DNA from: Trichomonas gallinae
Lineage: Eukaryota
DNA length: 40,145 nt
Direction of reading: 5' to 3'
NCBI GenBank assembly: GCA_008369845.1
Contig: MRSU01006754.1
Span: 1 to 40,145 of the forward strand
Shown in pieces: positions 22,501 to 32,439 of this stretch (within the stretch, counting starts at the first letter, position 1; each line of letters begins with the position of its first letter). Position numbers and translations under genes: made by a program. The notes beneath the pieces were generated by a model. The model saw only the letters and a list, made by a program, of their open reading frames with translations, searched no databases and had not been told where the DNA came from.

Positions 22501-25500
22501 CATCTGAATAGAACAAATTGATTTTGACGGTGTTTGAGATTAGTTCTATAAACTCTTCGTCGATTAACTCGCTATTAACTTTAACTAGACCGAAAATTTC
22601 TAGATTTTCTATGTAATTCTTAAGCATTAAATCATTTGTAATGATTTTCGTTAAATTAATTAACGACATGTTTTGGAGAGTTGTTGAACCATCAAAATCA
22701 TTTTCTGGATTTGTTTCGATTTGAGTAATGTTGTGTTTAGCGATATAAAGAATTTGTTCTTGATTTAGTTTCACTGCTTCTAAAACAAACTTGTTTATGG
22801 ATAAATAATTAACAAGTTTGTTGATGACGAAAATGTCGTATTTTATCATTTCTTTTGCTTTTAGATAATTATCGTAAATTTCTTGCAGTTTTTCATGTAT
22901 TTGCTCGTTGTCTCTTTTTGAATATAAAACTGTTGCTAAGACAATCCAACAATTTGAGATTTTTGAAGATTTAATCTTTAACAATATAAATTCTGGATCA
23001 CTCCACAGATAATCTCTAACTTTGTAGCCTCTTTTGTTTGTGATTAAAACAGGTAAAACGTTTAACAAACTTTCATCATCATTTTCTTTGATGTATTCGA
23101 TCAATTTGTTGTCAAACAATTTCGCAAATCTCCAGAAGTCTGTGATTGAAAGTTCTGTGATTATTGATGGAATCCTTTCGAAAACTTTGGCAAACAAACT
23201 AATGAAGACATCAAATTTCTCCTGGTTCTTGATTTCATTTGCAACTTTGTGATGAGAAATCGCGTGAATTGTAGATGTAATCAAAGATTGAACGTCAACA
23301 GCTACGTCTTTGCTGCTGAATTCGTCCGAAATTTCACTTGCCAATGATAAAATTTTTTCAAACAAAGGAACGAATTTTTCTGGTGTCAAAGATGAATAAT
23401 AATCGAAGAATAACAATATTGATGACCCATCGGCTGCAGACAAATCATCGAAAGAGCTGATTAAGTCTATATTTTCATTAATGATATTCATGAAATTCTC
23501 TTCGTATGATTTGTTGCTTTTCATCAAAGTTTTCGCGAGAATAATTGCATGCCTTGGAACAACAACTCCGTATTTCGCATCCATTGACTCAAGTACGAAC
23601 TCACAACTCAAGTCGAAGTCTGTAGCTTTAGCCTGGTAGAGTGGAATGCCGAACTCTATGATGATTTCTGGCCAGTCATCAATGTTTTTGTCTGTTAGAT
23701 ATCTTTTGAGATAATCTGCATTTTTCTTGATTTCTTGTGGGAAAACTCTTAATATTACAGCTAGTATTTGTGCTATTTCGATTGATTTGGTTACCTCGAA
23801 CATGCTGAATAATTCTTTGATATTTGTACTGACGACTGAATTGTTTTTGTAATTTTGTAAAACTTCGATGTAAATCATTGCTTCATATGGATTCCTCGTG
23901 TGAATAATTCTTTCGAATAATTCTTTTCCATCTTCGAAACCTGAACTTTCGAAAGTTTTCCTGCATAGATAAGTAGCCTTTTGTAACCATGCTGGCATGC
24001 ATTTGAGCTCATATATTGTTATTGGCTTGGAACATCTCGAATTATTGTCGGGAATTAAATCGCTGTTGATAAGTTTCGCTATTAAATCTGCGAATGAAAT
24101 TACGTCGATTTTCGTTTGATCTGCGTAGCTAGAAATCATCTTTAATAGAAGTATTCTCGTTGTTTCGCCCATTGACAGTTTCATTTCGAATAAAAGAATC
24201 GAATTCTTGATGACATAACTAAAATCATTTTTCGTTTTGATGTTCGAGAAAATCAATTCGCATATTTCTTTGTTCAAAGGACTGAAATTTGCGGAAGCGA
24301 AGTATAAATGAGATAAAACGAAGTAATTTGGTTTTGTGAATTTTTCGATGAGTTTCTTGAAGAATTCAACAACCGGTGATGAAAAATATTCGATCAAATG
24401 CGAAAAAACTTTTGAAACGAATCTGTGTTTGTCATCCGTCCAAACAATTTCGTCTAAATACGGGAAAATTGTCTGCAAGAGGCAGTCTAAGACAGATTTT
24501 ACAGGGAACTTAACAAATGTCTTCAAAATTCCATTAATAAAATTGAAAAATTCGAAAGAATATTTTTGGTTTTCTGTCATGAAATCGACGACTTTTCTGT
24601 CGCAAATATCGAAAGAAGAAGGATGATAGTGCGGTGTATCGCAATAAGGTGCTATGTCTCCTATAATACTCAGTGCAATTTTCTTCTCTTCGCTGTCGAG
24701 TTTGTCAATCAAATTTGATAAACTTCCCAATAATTCTTCTTTGTTTTCAGAATCGATCAAATTCTTTTTGTCTGCTTTTCTTACTCTCTGTAGAATCGGG
24801 AGTACTTTGTCTGGCATTTTAGGCAGTGCGTGAATCAAGAACATTATGATATTCTGATCTTCGACATATTTTGGCTCAATCTTGAAAATGTATTGAAGAA
24901 AATCTGCCAGTTGCGGTATATAATTGTTGTAGATGATGGAGGCAGTCAAAATATCCCTGACATTCGCGGGAACAAGTATATCATTGTTCTTAATCTGGAA
25001 AATCGTCAAGAAATTAAAAACACTTAATAATGTTATTAAAGTTTCTTCGAAAAACAGCTGATTTGATATGACAATCACGCACGCGAATATCATGTAGTCT
25101 ATATCTAAGCCTGCTATGCGTGGATTTATCGATTGCTGGACTGAAATCGCGTAATCAATCGAATCTGAAATAAATTTTAGTGTCTTTCTTACGTTATTGT
25201 TCTTTAATAGTCTCTCTGATGCTTCAATAGTCATGATTCTAAAGATTTCACCAAATAAATCTCTGTCTTCTAAATGAGAAAACTTTAATAAAGTGAAATC
25301 TGAATTATCATATAAATAGTTGAAATACATTGTAAATATGACTTCTATATATGATTTTGGCATGCATTCGAAGAGAACTGGAAGGCTTCTTATTAAGCTT
25401 TCGAGTTGTTTTTGGTAAAGATTTGATTTAAGAATGATTTCTGATTCTTCGTTGAAAGATTTGCTTGTGATAGAGTTCTTTGCGTAATTTTCATATGTGA

Positions 25501-26746
25501 TTGTGAAGTTTTGATATTTTGTGACGAATTTTAATATTAAAAGATGATTATCGATGATTTCTTTGGCGCTCTTGAAAGATTCATCGAGAATTAAGTTGCA
25601 ACTTTCACTTGGAACAACAATTTTCGCATATAAATGAATTGCGTGTCTAAAATCATGAGAAATTTCATAAATATTCTGAGAATTTGCAATTGCATCAGAT
25701 TTGATGAACTCATTTACTTGTTTGTAAGAATAACTGATAATATCACCTAATCCTACTTGAATATAACTCATATATGATACATAATTATTTTCATCAGAAA
25801 ATTGAATCGAAGAAATTAAAGTATCAAGAACTTCTAGATATTTCATCGGTGAAATAAGAATGTCCTGAATGAATTTGTAAACAAAAGAGACAAATTCAGG
25901 AAGATCTCGTGCTTGATCGCCATTTATTGTTAAAATCTGTTCTAAAACTTTCCCAATGAATATGTTCATATCTGGAATGGAACTGTTGCTAGTACAAAGT
26001 GTTTTAATTGTTCTATGCAGGAAATCTGGATGTTTTTCAATATCTTCTTTATGAATTGTAAATAACTCTGCAATAATATCGTAAATTTCATCTAATGTGT
26101 CTAAAAATGGTGATTGCAATCGAGTTGCAAAAGAAATGATTGTATTCAACAATTTATCGAGTTTTAAATTGAGAATTTGTGGTTGATATATTAAAATTGA
26201 AAATAAATGCGTCTTAATAGTAACAACATACTTTGTCAAATGAAAATCATCGGGATTTATTTTCATATCTATTAATTGTTTAGCAAATTTAATAAAATTG
26301 CCTTTTTCTGGAAATGCAAGCTTAATGCCACATGATAGAATGTGATTAAGAATCTCAAAGATTGGAATTAACATTTTGTATTGAATTTGATGATTTTCTG
26401 ATGATAAAGTACTAAATTTTTCGAATATACTATCTATCTCTTTGCAAGTGGGTCCTAATATTTGTTGAATTGGTTCTGATTCTTCAGCAGTTACTTTGCA
26501 AATCGAATTTTTTATCAAATTTAGTATATTCGACGATATAATATCTGAATCTGATGACTTGAAGATGTTATCATGTACAATTTCAATGTAATTCGGAAAT
26601 TGGTTCTCAAATTGATCAGAAGGAATTAAAAATCTGGATCCGAAACAAGCATCATCTATTTTTGAGATTTCTCCTGTGCTAACATACCTTTCAAAGAAGG
26701 TTTCGGACTCTTTTGATAAATCTTCAATGCTTGATTCTTCCTCCAT
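19511..26746 (-). CDS. Large helical-repeat protein with C-terminal degenerate PIKK domain; TRRAP/Tra1-like pseudokinase
   Basis: 2411 aa. The C-terminus aligns by eye with TRRAP (SGERVNYII; KSYVEWTTQFAYNFAALS; MGPFKNGFISACDAL; KLNKLI...PFSWF). No DRHxxN or DFG motif. Confidence 0.7.
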   Translation of the reverse strand: MEEESSIEDLSKESETFFERYVSTGEISKIDDACFGSRFLIPSDQFENQFPNYIEIVHDNIFKSSDSDIISSNILNLIKNSICKVTAEESEPIQQILGPTCKEIDSIFEKFSTLSSENHQIQYKMLIPIFEILNHILSCGIKLAFPEKGNFIKFAKQLIDMKINPDDFHLTKYVVTIKTHLFSILIYQPQILNLKLDKLLNTIISFATRLQSPFLDTLDEIYDIIAELFTIHKEDIEKHPDFLHRTIKTLCTSNSSIPDMNIFIGKVLEQILTINGDQARDLPEFVSFVYKFIQDILISPMKYLEVLDTLISSIQFSDENNYVSYMSYIQVGLGDIISYSYKQVNEFIKSDAIANSQNIYEISHDFRHAIHLYAKIVVPSESCNLILDESFKSAKEIIDNHLLILKFVTKYQNFTITYENYAKNSITSKSFNEESEIILKSNLYQKQLESLIRSLPVLFECMPKSYIEVIFTMYFNYLYDNSDFTLLKFSHLEDRDLFGEIFRIMTIEASERLLKNNNVRKTLKFISDSIDYAISVQQSINPRIAGLDIDYMIFACVIVISNQLFFEETLITLLSVFNFLTIFQIKNNDILVPANVRDILTASIIYNNYIPQLADFLQYIFKIEPKYVEDQNIIMFLIHALPKMPDKVLPILQRVRKADKKNLIDSENKEELLGSLSNLIDKLDSEEKKIALSIIGDIAPYCDTPHYHPSSFDICDRKVVDFMTENQKYSFEFFNFINGILKTFVKFPVKSVLDCLLQTIFPYLDEIVWTDDKHRFVSKVFSHLIEYFSSPVVEFFKKLIEKFTKPNYFVLSHLYFASANFSPLNKEICELIFSNIKTKNDFSYVIKNSILLFEMKLSMGETTRILLLKMISSYADQTKIDVISFADLIAKLINSDLIPDNNSRCSKPITIYELKCMPAWLQKATYLCRKTFESSGFEDGKELFERIIHTRNPYEAMIYIEVLQNYKNNSVVSTNIKELFSMFEVTKSIEIAQILAVILRVFPQEIKKNADYLKRYLTDKNIDDWPEIIIEFGIPLYQAKATDFDLSCEFVLESMDAKYGVVVPRHAIILAKTLMKSNKSYEENFMNIINENIDLISSFDDLSAADGSSILLFFDYYSSLTPEKFVPLFEKILSLASEISDEFSSKDVAVDVQSLITSTIHAISHHKVANEIKNQEKFDVFISLFAKVFERIPSIITELSITDFWRFAKLFDNKLIEYIKENDDESLLNVLPVLITNKRGYKVRDYLWSDPEFILLKIKSSKISNCWIVLATVLYSKRDNEQIHEKLQEIYDNYLKAKEMIKYDIFVINKLVNYLSINKFVLEAVKLNQEQILYIAKHNITQIETNPENDFDGSTTLQNMSLINLTKIITNDLMLKNYIENLEIFGLVKVNSELIDEEFIELISNTVKINLFYSDVCYKLMHIIAESIEDFKPFLGKMSFITDLLFINDCYGESKVFPYLIDMTKILVSMENVDINLIETFVTRMKNIMNRIYEKNEFIMKYSHNLIESLNILSTIHPLPDEFFQKTCIILPKLHQSKRDHTNEIALIAIIKELHKISDKFDFDIKCAEFCFACMNTDNFELSLASFPIVQKFLTVEPAQEVLMEKLSSLKDVPKGFAILSLWQTSLAYDSKISSIIKNASHIFVNTPTATSIFIACEVLKQIFSLTIENSQAMISEIISNVVEEKRLYALKVIYLALSQLAKNGNKNALIHLNSLTNIPIFVEKGVDSSIIDFPNLLINILNILSDVPSAFNVITKFVDVDVPIIRAAKIMSILFDTEDMISLSILRFTSRLEIDLISNMNIPNSNVSYSVLRLGFDSELSEWPEKVDLSDNPDYNDSSMLIVPKPLFESHLLYFNKAIKDCGDDQQMIKTVSMMMLHKGERCLMRDFADSLPKKATIQEIQTHLKRIIKRLIPNAQGSELFQFIAISQIRRFAREILKSKEQPNIYIKISPAEMSNVQIAFDDAITKFNKATNRVLPVKTNLIEKSAIAFMEQEEKEFNPDEKKPSELLIFLLSRPPNVTEANLAYPLIRKCFEKNPRSFVAFATLYHLAKSGLVSAKKVQTSLVPISKIPWEYSHLFGSLFINEPNLSNLLSRIHPSYSFLVDTKKNDSSILEAIKKACSESRFNDITERTGEYDNTSYYNRVCVPNSSPLLETQLLSEIIELSFRYDSCDSNYMRMSALLYSGERVNYIITPTSFSSPETTVACRELSRIFGRSPPSFMRNQRMMIVESAKIDEGIYLTRTDSLPLVKNDFALEKNSFKAFDTKKSYVEWTTQFAYNFAALSAVLHVRRAETFNEFRSLLDKKSALLSQPNLACVEEAKNSLRVINDKRIMMGPFKNGFISACDALALKVARVKMLGVTIFGDSQEISAKCEARMKYYSLRFKDSNEVQEKLNKLIQSESNIPFSWF

Positions 26747-26764
26747 GAAAAATAATTAAAATGC

Positions 26765-26870
26765 AGGGGATAATTGGTGTCAGACCCTTTATATTTCTTA
26801 AATTAGGGAGTATAAGGTGTAAGACCCTCTTATATTTATTAAAGGGTCTTTCACCCTAGACCCCTTTATA
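26765..26870. repeat. Cluster of GGTGT(A/C)AGACCCT direct and inverted repeats
   Basis: Copies start at 26776 and 26816; inverted copy AGGGTCTTTCACC at 26843-26855; a further copy at 27227. Confidence 0.85.
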
Positions 26871-27254
26871 AAAAATCCTCTATAGTTTGCATAAATTAGT
26901 TGTAGATGGCGCTCTTATAATGAATTTTAGGCGCAACTTCATAGGCATATAGATTAGGCCATAAACAATCGAATTCCAGACTTTTGTCTATGGTAAGTCG
27001 TGCGTCTGCAATTTTTTATCGCGTCAACAACTTTTTGCGCAAACTTTAAATTAATTGTCATTAAATAGTATGTTTTTTCTATTGCTAGCAGGTTTTTCTG
27101 GTACTAGCATGTTAAATACCTATAGATGCATGTATATGAATGAGAGAATATATTATAAATTGATTTGAAAAAGGAGAATGGATATTGATTCAAAAAAAAA
27201 AAAAAAAAAAAAAAACAGGAGGTAATGGTGTAAGACCCTTAATTTATTAAAAAT

Positions 27255-28316
27255 ATGAAGCCAAACAAAATTGATCCAAAAGATCAAAGTATTTATGCAT
27301 GGATGGATAAGCAAACAGATGATGTGTATGAAGTGATTGCAGTTATGCCTGAAGGACTCAAACAAGAAGAAATTTCAGTTAAGTTAAATAAAGCAAACGG
27401 AAATATTATAGCAACAATAAAAGAAAAGCTTCCTTTCTTGGCTGGCAAAGCATTTGGACCTGTTAACGATATTACATATCATTATCAAGATCAACAAATT
27501 CATATCATCTTCAAGAAAACTACAAAAGATCCATGGCCATATCTTTTCAAGGGCCAGGTAAATAAAAATACACCTTTGGATCCAAATAGCTGCTTACAAA
27601 TTTTCCTAGTCAATGCACAGCAAGGAATTGATTCAACAAACTTGCTTTTGCAAGCAGTTTCAACCATGTTTCCACCTGCCGTTATCACTTTTGCTAATTG
27701 CGTTCAAAATTCGAATCAAGATATGACTGACGCAATTGTGCTTCTTCGCGCCCTTGTTAGTGAGTACAAAGTTGCTACGGCTGCCACACTTCTTGGCCAC
27801 TACGGTCTTCTTGAATTGATCCCTCCGAAGGAAGGACTCGATTATTTGAAGTGGGCAGATGAAAATGGTGATCAAATTGCCAAGCTCACTTTGGGATATG
27901 TATATTCACCATATGAAGAACCGCATGGCACATGGGAAGATGTCGACAAAGCTATAGAAAAATTCAATGAAATTAAGGAACATCCAAGAGCGCAATATGG
28001 TCTTGGATTGATTGAATATTATCATAATAACAACAAGGAACTTGGCCGTGAAATGGTGAGGAACGCACGCAAAGAATTACCAAATATGCCAGATATTCCA
28101 GAAGAGCAGCCAAAGAAGGAAGAAATCCGTAAGGAACCAAGTCCTCCTGCAGTTTCCAACAAAAATAATGTGGAAACTAAGGCTCCAGAAGAAAAACAGC
28201 AAAAAGTAGATAAATCAGCTTCAAATGGTGCAAAAACTGGTGCAATTATTGCTGCTGGTGTTTCAATTGCTGCATTTGCGGCGTTGGCTTTTACTTATAT
28301 CAGAAGAAAGAAATAG
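27255..28316 (+). CDS. Tail-anchored protein with N-terminal CS/Hsp20-like domain and Sel1/TPR-like repeats (architecture of hydrogenosomal Tom36/Tom46-type proteins)
   Basis: YAWMDKQTDDVYEV...IIFKKTTKDPWP (CS domain), AKLTLGYVY / AQYGLGLIEY repeats, a charged linker, a C-terminal TM GAIIAAGVSIAAFAALAFTYI and basic RRKK end. Confidence 0.8.
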   Translation: MKPNKIDPKDQSIYAWMDKQTDDVYEVIAVMPEGLKQEEISVKLNKANGNIIATIKEKLPFLAGKAFGPVNDITYHYQDQQIHIIFKKTTKDPWPYLFKGQVNKNTPLDPNSCLQIFLVNAQQGIDSTNLLLQAVSTMFPPAVITFANCVQNSNQDMTDAIVLLRALVSEYKVATAATLLGHYGLLELIPPKEGLDYLKWADENGDQIAKLTLGYVYSPYEEPHGTWEDVDKAIEKFNEIKEHPRAQYGLGLIEYYHNNNKELGREMVRNARKELPNMPDIPEEQPKKEEIRKEPSPPAVSNKNNVETKAPEEKQQKVDKSASNGAKTGAIIAAGVSIAAFAALAFTYIRRKK

Positions 28317-29764
28317 AATTTTTTCGGATTAAACCTTATATATTGTTCAAATGCGTTTTTTATCAGTGATTTATCTTCCTCTATCTATTGTAGATATGTT
28401 TTGCTCCAAGAAAGGTTAAAGAGTTTAACTCCTCCTCACAAAACAACAACGTATTTTTTTTAATAATTGAGAAAGACTTACAGGAACATGTAAAATGTAT
28501 TTATTGTATTGCGATTAACTAATCTTAAAAATTATATCAAATTTTTCAAAATTTTAAAATTAACGCGTTAAATCATGATTATATTGTTATAAATGAACTC
28601 GTTATAAGTTATCTTAATTTAAATTGTTATTTTTTTGAATACTTCGTACTCATATAACTGATGTTTGGCAATGATTTAAAATACTGATTTAATAGTCATT
28701 AAATGCGAATATACATGCATATATTAGGCCATAGCTATACATGGGTGTATATATATGCAATTTTAAAGCAATATAATATTATTCACATCTGCATTCTCGA
28801 TGGATAAACCATAATTAATAAGATATCCGATGAATTCTTTGTATGATGGATTTGAATATAATAGGAATTGACAGCATACAAAGGAAAATAAAAAATCAAA
28901 TAATGAAATAACGAATACATATTAATAACGGGTTTGGTAGATTTCATGATATTGCTTGATATCAGAAACATGCTTGCCATATCTAGTTTAATCAAAAAAT
29001 AATAAATTCATCGAATTAACATATTTGAGCAGAATACAATGGAGTTCAACATATATATATTGTATACAATAACAAATTAATGTTTCTGAATAATTGTTTC
29101 ATTTTTGAATTTTGAAAAAAATTAATTTTAAAAAAATTGGAGAATTTCTTTATCATTTGACGTGTGTACAATATGTGAGTGGATTTCATGATAATTTTGA
29201 TACATTTTCGTAATTGTGAAGAATAAATATTTTCATATCAGCTAAATCATCAAAAATCAGATAAATAAACATATGAGTAGTAACCATTCATGTCGATAAT
29301 TGAAAAGAATTTTTTTTTTAAATTGCTTGGCTAAAATTGGGAACTAAAAATTATCATATTTCTTTAGTTTGTTTTATAGGCGTCAAAATTTTAAATTTTT
29401 TGAACTTTTTGCCGTCAAAACGAATAAATTTCAGTTAATTCAACGTAAAATCATAATATTCGTACAGTATGCTTGATAAAAATAATAATGTCATGACAAT
29501 AATTTTTAAAATCAAAACCCATATTATGAAAAAATCGAGGATTCTGAAGATTATATAAAATTGAGAGCAGTTACGCAATAAAATCATTCGGAGATCATGT
29601 TGTAGAGTAAAATAAACCACAAAATTATAAATTATCGAAATATCCCACAAACATTTGAGAGAGATTACGAGGTTAGTCTTTTGAGAGAATAAAGTTATCA
29701 AAATATCAAAAACCGCCAAAAGTCTATCAAAAAATCGGGATAATTGTGAAGAGATCATTTTTTA

Positions 29765-30409
29765 ATGATGCAGGCATCAGAAGACATGTACCCAGTGCAA
29801 GACAAGCATGGTAAGAGATTTACGAAGGAAGAAGACGCATTACTGAAGGAACTAGCAAAGGATAAGAAGAACAAGACCTGGAAAGAAATTGCTACTTATT
29901 TACCAGGAAGAACAGCATGCCAATGCAGAGATAGATACAACCAATATTTGTTTAAGGAGGTTGTCAACAAACCATGGACTCAGGAAGAAGATGAAATCAT
30001 CGTTAAGAAGTATAAGCAATTTGGACCACATTGGGTTAAAATTTCTCAATACTTACCTGGTCGTAGTGGTAATAATATTAAAAACCACTGGAACAGCGCT
30101 TTAACAAAATTCCATGGAATTTCTCATAAAAACCCGAAACAGGAGCGCCGCTCAAGAAAGGAGAAGTTCATTGATGATGAAATCGTTTATGCAACATACG
30201 AGTACTCATCACCAGAATCAACAACATATTCGACGCCCGTTATTGAGAAGCCAAAGATTCAGAAGAAGCATATTACTCCACCAGTGCAGTCTGTTATTGA
30301 ACAGCCAATGAATGATCCTTTCGCATCAATGGACCAAACTGATTTCAATTTGGATACATTGTTCGAGGATAGCAATACATTCACAGAGTTCGAGAATTTT
30401 GCTTTTTAA
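29765..30409 (+). CDS. R2R3 Myb-like DNA-binding protein
   Basis: FTKEED...W..IA..LPGRTACQCRDRY and WTQEED...GPHW..IS..LPGRSGNNIKNHW; acidic C-tail; Inr TCATTT at 29755-29760. Confidence 0.95.
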   Translation: MMQASEDMYPVQDKHGKRFTKEEDALLKELAKDKKNKTWKEIATYLPGRTACQCRDRYNQYLFKEVVNKPWTQEEDEIIVKKYKQFGPHWVKISQYLPGRSGNNIKNHWNSALTKFHGISHKNPKQERRSRKEKFIDDEIVYATYEYSSPESTTYSTPVIEKPKIQKKHITPPVQSVIEQPMNDPFASMDQTDFNLDTLFEDSNTFTEFENFAF

Positions 30410-31103
30410 TATGTTGTTTTGTATTTATAAATATGATATTTTGAATAAATCTTTATTTTTAACATCAATCAAGAAAATATTATTGTGTTGGGTTATTATA
30501 TTAACTACTGTTCTTTTAGATCTTATTTTAACTTAATGCACCACAGCTTTTTCTGGTTACCAATTCAATTAATATCTATTTTTTGTTAAATATAATCTGA
30601 TCAAAACATAAAATAATGAATAATATGTATTATAGTTCTGTGAAATAAAGAAAATATGTATCAAATATTGAGTTAGCCGATTAATTACACGATTGCATTA
30701 TTCAAAACAAAGATAAATCTCATCGCAATGTTGAATTAATGTTAATACTTGTTTTGGATTCAACTACATTAGTACACTTGATACAAAATAGCAATATCCG
30801 ATAATAGATAAGTAGTTTTATTATGAATCACAATGATCAAATTTGAAAATTGGCATTTAAATGTAATCGCTCGGTATTATTCATTTCATGGTGGGATGAA
30901 TAAGATGATTTTTTAATATATCTAGGTGAATCAAAGAAAAAATGATTCCTTATAGAAATTTGATTTGATTTGCTGACATGTCTATATTTACGTGACAAAA
31001 ATGTAACTTTTTAAAAAATCGGCATGTAAATGAAATATTCTGTCATGAGTCTATTTACGTGTCAAATATAGACTTTACATGGTCATGATTTTGAGGGGAT
31101 TCG

Positions 31104-31132
31104 AACGGTTGTGTCGAAATGGTCGACCCTTT
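31104..31132 (+). promoter_or_regulatory. M3 (AACGGTTG) plus M5 (CCTTT) core promoter of RPS15A
   Basis: AACGGTTG at 31104-31111 fits the T. vaginalis M3 Myb-like element. CCTTT at 31128-31132 lies just before the ATG in place of an Inr, as known for Trichomonas ribosomal protein genes. Confidence 0.8.
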
Positions 31133-31137
31133 CTTTT

Positions 31138-31530
31138 ATGGTTCGCACATCCGTCCTTGCCGATGCACTTAAAGCAATCACCAACGCTGAACGCCGTGGT
31201 ATGCGCCAGGTCATGATTCGCCCATCCTCCAAGGTTATCATCGCTTTCCTCAAAGTTATGATGGCCCGTAACTACATTGGTGATTTCGAGGTCATTGATG
31301 ACCACCGCTCTGGCAAGATCGTTATCAACCTTCTTGGCCGCCTCAACAAGTGCGTCGCTATCTGCCCACGTTTCGATGTTGGACTTGGCGATCTCGAAAT
31401 GTGGCAGGCCAAGCTCCTCCCATCCCGTCAGTTCGGTTACGTCGTTCTCTCCACAGACAAGGGCATCCTCGATCATGAAGAGGCTCGTAAGAAGAATGCT
31501 GGTGGCAAGATCCTCGGCATGTTCTTCTAA
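31138..31530 (+). CDS. RPS15A: 40S ribosomal protein S15a (uS8)
   Basis: [11 protein letters not shown]...IRPSSKVI...[15 protein letters not shown]...LLPSRQFG...GGKILG; 130 aa from ATG 31138; strong C-ending codon bias. Confidence 0.98.
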   Translation: MVRTSVLADALKAITNAERRGMRQVMIRPSSKVIIAFLKVMMARNYIGDFEVIDDHRSGKIVINLLGRLNKCVAICPRFDVGLGDLEMWQAKLLPSRQFGYVVLSTDKGILDHEEARKKNAGGKILGMFF

Positions 31531-31815
31531 ACAGAGAAATAAATAAAATAAATCTTTAAAACATTTCAATCCGAACAATTTTTCTTGCAATTTGAAGTAT
31601 TCAAAAAAAACGATATATTTTAGGCAAAGAAGAAGATTTTCGTTTCGACTCTTACTACAATAACAGACTATTACCTTTTTAAATATGATATTAAGTCAAT
31701 ATCAATGAAATCTCGTATTTTTTTCAATTTGAAATATATATTTTTTAAGAAAAGAATGGTTTTTATGTATAAGAAACTAACCTTTTAGGAATCAATATTT
31801 AAATAAAAAGACTAA

Positions 31816-32439
31816 TTAATTTTCAGATTCTTTATGACCGGTTTCGCAGAAGAATATTGACATTGGGATGAGTAAAATTAATGAAACAATCCAAATAACA
31901 AGAAGGCCAACTAACCATTTCGTGCATGCCCTTGTGATATGATAAACAAGATTAGAAATTCTAGCATCGCAGCATGGGGAACTTTCAGCATCGGTTGAGC
32001 ATACTGGGTTACCCTCTGGATCTCTGTCTGTAGATGTATTATGGCATGTCCATACATTAGAATAATTAGCAGCGGTGCTTGCTTTGCTGAAGTTCTCAAT
32101 AAAAGTTGTTTTAGTGCTGTCTTGCTTTGTTGTATAGCTGATGACAATACAAACGAAAATGAAAGCAGGGATTTGTAAAACACCTGAAACACCAAGGAAA
32201 ACAATAGTCCATTCAAATGAGAATGAAAGTACTGCTGTAACAACTGAAAGTGTTAAGAAAATTGAGGCTGTTAAACCGAAGTGCTTCCATTTCGATCCTA
32301 TTGTTTCCGTAATAAGTGGATCGTTAACAAGACTGTACCAGTGAGACATGAACACAGTAAGTCCTACAAGGCCGAATGTCAACGCTAGGCCGATAATGGC
32401 GAAAGTAAGGTTGATAGCAAATTGCTTTAGTGAATCCAT
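31816..32439 (-). CDS. Four-TM tetraspanin-like membrane protein
   Basis: Three N-terminal hydrophobic helices, a Cys-containing large loop (C..C..CC), a fourth TM and a short tail; no canonical CCG. Confidence 0.65.
   Translation of the reverse strand: MDSLKQFAINLTFAIIGLALTFGLVGLTVFMSHWYSLVNDPLITETIGSKWKHFGLTASIFLTLSVVTAVLSFSFEWTIVFLGVSGVLQIPAFIFVCIVISYTTKQDSTKTTFIENFSKASTAANYSNVWTCHNTSTDRDPEGNPVCSTDAESSPCCDARISNLVYHITRACTKWLVGLLVIWIVSLILLIPMSIFFCETGHKESEN

Noticed and set aside
26765..26870. Repeat cluster as a CRISPR-like array
   Set aside because: Only 2-3 degenerate copies, no unique spacers, no cas genes, eukaryotic context
27068..27091. GTATGT...GCTAGCAG resembling a short intron
   Set aside because: No ACTAAC branch site and no flanking exon ORF
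29435..29758. 107-aa hydrophobic minus-strand ORF upstream of Myb
   Set aside because: Reverse complement of an A-rich promoter; the hydrophobicity is a compositional artefact
31075..31590. 171-aa antisense ORF over RPS15A
   Set aside because: Shadow ORF produced by the strong codon bias of a highly expressed gene; non-ATG start and no recognisable motif
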